A stretch of DNA of 64,000 nt. Origin: Sedimentisphaerales bacterium (GTDB taxonomy: Bacteria; Planctomycetota; Phycisphaerae; Sedimentisphaerales; SM23-30). The stretch lies in NCBI GenBank assembly GCA_963663805.2, contig CAXXMR010000013.1:416001-480000 (forward strand). Reading direction: 5' to 3'. The position numbers were made by a program, and so were the translations under genes. The notes under the pieces were generated by a model. The model saw nothing but the letters and a program-made list of their open reading frames with translations. It searched no databases and was not told the DNA's origin. This document shows positions 61,580 to 64,000 of this stretch, piece by piece; the first letter of the stretch is position 1, and each line of letters opens with the position of its first letter.

Positions 61580-62776
61580 ATGTTTGAGACCATTCCCATG
61601 GCCCCTGCCGACCCGATTCTCGGCCTTACTGAAGCCTTCAAAGCCGACCCTAACCCTGCCAAGATCAATCTTGGTGTGGGTGTATACAAGGATGAGACGG
61701 GCCAAACGCCCATATTTGAGACGGTTAAGAAGGCTGAACAGCGGATTTTGGAGTCGGAGTCGTCCAAGTCTTATTTACCCATTTCCGGTGCCCCTGAGTA
61801 TGCTGACGCTGTTTTGCGGATGCTTTTTGGCGGTAGCCATGAGATTGTTTCCAGTCAGCGGGCAGCTACGGCCCAGACGCCCGGCGGGACCGGCGCTTTG
61901 CGTGTGGCGGGCGATTTTTTGAAATTTGCCAACCCTGACGCGACCATCTATGTCAGCAACCCTACCTGGGCCAACCACAAGGGTGTTTTTGCGGCTTCGG
62001 GTTTGAAGATTGAGGAATACCCTTATTATGATTCTCAGAGCAAATCGCTTGATTTTGAGGCGATGATTGCGGCTTTGGGTAATATCCCGGCGAATAACAT
62101 TGTCCTGCTGCACGGCTGCTGTCACAACCCGACCGGTATTGACCCGACCGTTGAACAGTGGCAGCAAATCGCTGAGGTTATCAAAAATAAAAAGCTGGTC
62201 GCCCTTATTGATTTTGCCTATCAGGGTTTAGCCCGTGGAATTAACGAAGACGCTGACGGCATGAGAATCATCTGTGAGGCGGGCTGTGAGACTATCATAA
62301 CCAGCAGTTTTTCGAAGAACGTTGGTCTTTACAATGAGCGTGTCGGTGCCATCACCATAGTGACTGAGAACGCGGAGATTGCAACTCAGGCGTTCAGTCA
62401 GGTCAAACGTGTTATTCGGGCTAATTATTCCAATCCCCCTTCACACGGCGGCAAGATAGTTTCCACAATTCTGGGCGATGCTGAACTTCGCCGGGAATGG
62501 GAAATTGAAGTTGAGCAGATTCGCAAGCGTATTCAGGAAATGCGTGTTCTTTTTGTTGAGACGCTCAAAAAGAAGGGCGTGGAGCAGGATTTCTCATTTA
62601 TTATTGAGCAGAACGGCATGTTCAGCTTCTCAGGTCTGAATCCGGACCAGGTTAAAGCCCTGCGTGAGAAATACGCGATTTATATTGTTGGTTCCGGCAG
62701 AATCAATGTTGCCGGTATGACCAAGGCCAATATGGAGCCTCTTTGCGAGGCGATAGCTGAGGTTCTTAACGGCTGA
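61580..62776 (+). CDS. aspC: Aspartate/aromatic aminotransferase (subgroup Ia)
   Basis: DPILGL, NLGVGVY, HGCCHNPTG, DFAYQG, SFSKNVGLYNERVG. Confidence 0.93.
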   Translation: MFETIPMAPADPILGLTEAFKADPNPAKINLGVGVYKDETGQTPIFETVKKAEQRILESESSKSYLPISGAPEYADAVLRMLFGGSHEIVSSQRAATAQTPGGTGALRVAGDFLKFANPDATIYVSNPTWANHKGVFAASGLKIEEYPYYDSQSKSLDFEAMIAALGNIPANNIVLLHGCCHNPTGIDPTVEQWQQIAEVIKNKKLVALIDFAYQGLARGINEDADGMRIICEAGCETIITSSFSKNVGLYNERVGAITIVTENAEIATQAFSQVKRVIRANYSNPPSHGGKIVSTILGDAELRREWEIEVEQIRKRIQEMRVLFVETLKKKGVEQDFSFIIEQNGMFSFSGLNPDQVKALREKYAIYIVGSGRINVAGMTKANMEPLCEAIAEVLNG

Positions 62777-62797
62777 TACCTCGTTAAGCGCAATAAT

Positions 62798-62837
62798 AAG
62801 CGGGAAGCATCTTTCTAGGGGTGCTTCCCGCTTTTTT
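62798..62837 (+). terminator. Intrinsic terminator between convergent aspC and porin genes
   Basis: AAGCGGGAAGCATC...GGTGCTTCCCGCTT followed by a T tract. Confidence 0.88.
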
Positions 62838-62864
62838 AAATTACTCAACAAGCTGATGCTTTAG

Positions 62865-64000
62865 TTAGAACTTAACAATCAGGTCAAACTCTGCCTGTTT
62901 GTAGTCCACATCGTCGCCGCCTACATCGCGTTTGCCGATATAGCCGGTCAGACTCAGGAGGCAACCGTCGGCGACCTTCATTCCGACGCTCATCTTGTGG
63001 CCCATCGAATTGGTGCCACTGCCAAAGCAGCCTTCGCTGAACTGGCCTACGACGGAATCGGCGCCCAGTTCGCTGTAATTATATGTGCAACGCCAGTCGC
63101 CGATATTAGCTGTTTTGCCAACGACTACACCGGCCAGATAACCGGTATCTTTATCGGAGGCGCCCAAGTTGTTTGCATAATCGGCAAAAATGCTCATGGG
63201 CAGGCCGATAGCGGTAAAGCCGAAATCAGCAAACAGGTTCACGATATTAAAATCGTTTTCGTAGCCTCCTGTTCCGTCGTCAGTATTGCCGGCCAGGTCA
63301 TCCAGAGCATGCCCTTCGATATTGCCAAAGTCGTAGTAGGCGGCACCGAGGGTCAGATTCGCAGAGCAGTCTTCCAGGCAGAGCCAGGTTAAACCGGTCT
63401 GGATACCCCACAAGCTGGTGTCAGCATCTGTAGCACGTTCTTCGACCCAGAAGCCACCAGCGGTGGAGAATACATCAAGTTTCTCGCCGATCGATTTTTT
63501 GACAACGCCGGCGATACCTTCAAAGGACTGGCCGTCGAAAATCAGGGAACTATTGCCGGGATGGTTGAACGGGTCTTCGAATTTACCACCCAGGATGTGA
63601 ATGCCGCGGAAGCCGTCAATGTCGTAGAATGGGGAAATGCCATCCAGGAAATCAACACCAACACTCAGGAACGGCAGTTTTTCCAGCGTACCGGGGTGAT
63701 AATCGAAATAGGCCAGATCGACATAGGCATCCGCATCATCGAAGCTGTCGCCCATGGTCTTTTCGCCAGCAACACGGAATATCAAGTCCATCTCGTCATT
63801 GACCTTGCCGTAGATAGCGATACGACCGCGAACGGTATGGCGATGACGTTTGTCAGCGGCGGCATCATCGTCTGTCCAGTCAAAGCGATAGCGTCCGTCA
63901 CCAGAGAATTTGGTGAGGTTTTTGACCCAGTCGGGTATTTCCATGTCGCTGGTGGTCTGCTGGACATCTGACATAGCCTGTTCGAGTTTTGCCAGCCGTG
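62865..64000 (-). CDS. Putative outer-membrane porin (5' end outside window)
   Basis: KFSGDGRYR start of barrel, VDLAYFDY, GTN, terminal DLIVKF. Confidence 0.8.
   Translation of the reverse strand, partial: RLAKLEQAMSDVQQTTSDMEIPDWVKNLTKFSGDGRYRFDWTDDDAAADKRHRHTVRGRIAIYGKVNDEMDLIFRVAGEKTMGDSFDDADAYVDLAYFDYHPGTLEKLPFLSVGVDFLDGISPFYDIDGFRGIHILGGKFEDPFNHPGNSSLIFDGQSFEGIAGVVKKSIGEKLDVFSTAGGFWVEERATDADTSLWGIQTGLTWLCLEDCSANLTLGAAYYDFGNIEGHALDDLAGNTDDGTGGYENDFNIVNLFADFGFTAIGLPMSIFADYANNLGASDKDTGYLAGVVVGKTANIGDWRCTYNYSELGADSVVGQFSEGCFGSGTNSMGHKMSVGMKVADGCLLSLTGYIGKRDVGGDDVDYKQAEFDLIVKF

Overview
Bacterial chromosomal window, most likely from a planctomycete (class Phycisphaerae suspected from the expanded SecA, the GH10-like protein and the integrase remnant; this is an inference). 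Bases 1-28.2 kb hold a large co-oriented flagellar cluster: sensor kinase, sigma54 enhancer-binding regulator, sigma54 promoter, flgBC-fliEFGHIJ-(MotE/YlxF-like)-fliK-flgDE-flbD-motAB-fliL-fliNOPQR-flhBAFG-hypothetical-fliA-cheD. No fliM, flagellin, flgFG or L/P-ring genes occur in the window. The remainder is mixed housekeeping and accessory DNA: two tandem EEP lipoproteins, fucU, ribD, a TauE/SafE exporter, secA, uvrD/pcrA, tRNA-Val(GAC) with an integrase scar, a GT2 plus GT-C-like membrane protein pair, an orphan DNA methyltransferase, glycerate kinase, a GH10-like protein plus CsgG-like lipoprotein, an IS200/IS605 element, ferritin-like protein and rubredoxin, queC/queF, aspC and a porin. 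About 13 apparent +1 frameshifts, one in secA, are best explained as sequencing errors. The most interesting non-coding signals are: a 96/95-bp hairpin plus mini-ORF tandem repeat between flgE and flbD; a promoter- and terminator-bounded ~80-nt CCUCCUCC sRNA candidate; GGA-loop (CsrA-type) leaders; a modular dispersed repeat family; and GC skew that flips several times independently of gene orientation. No new system is proven from sequence alone.
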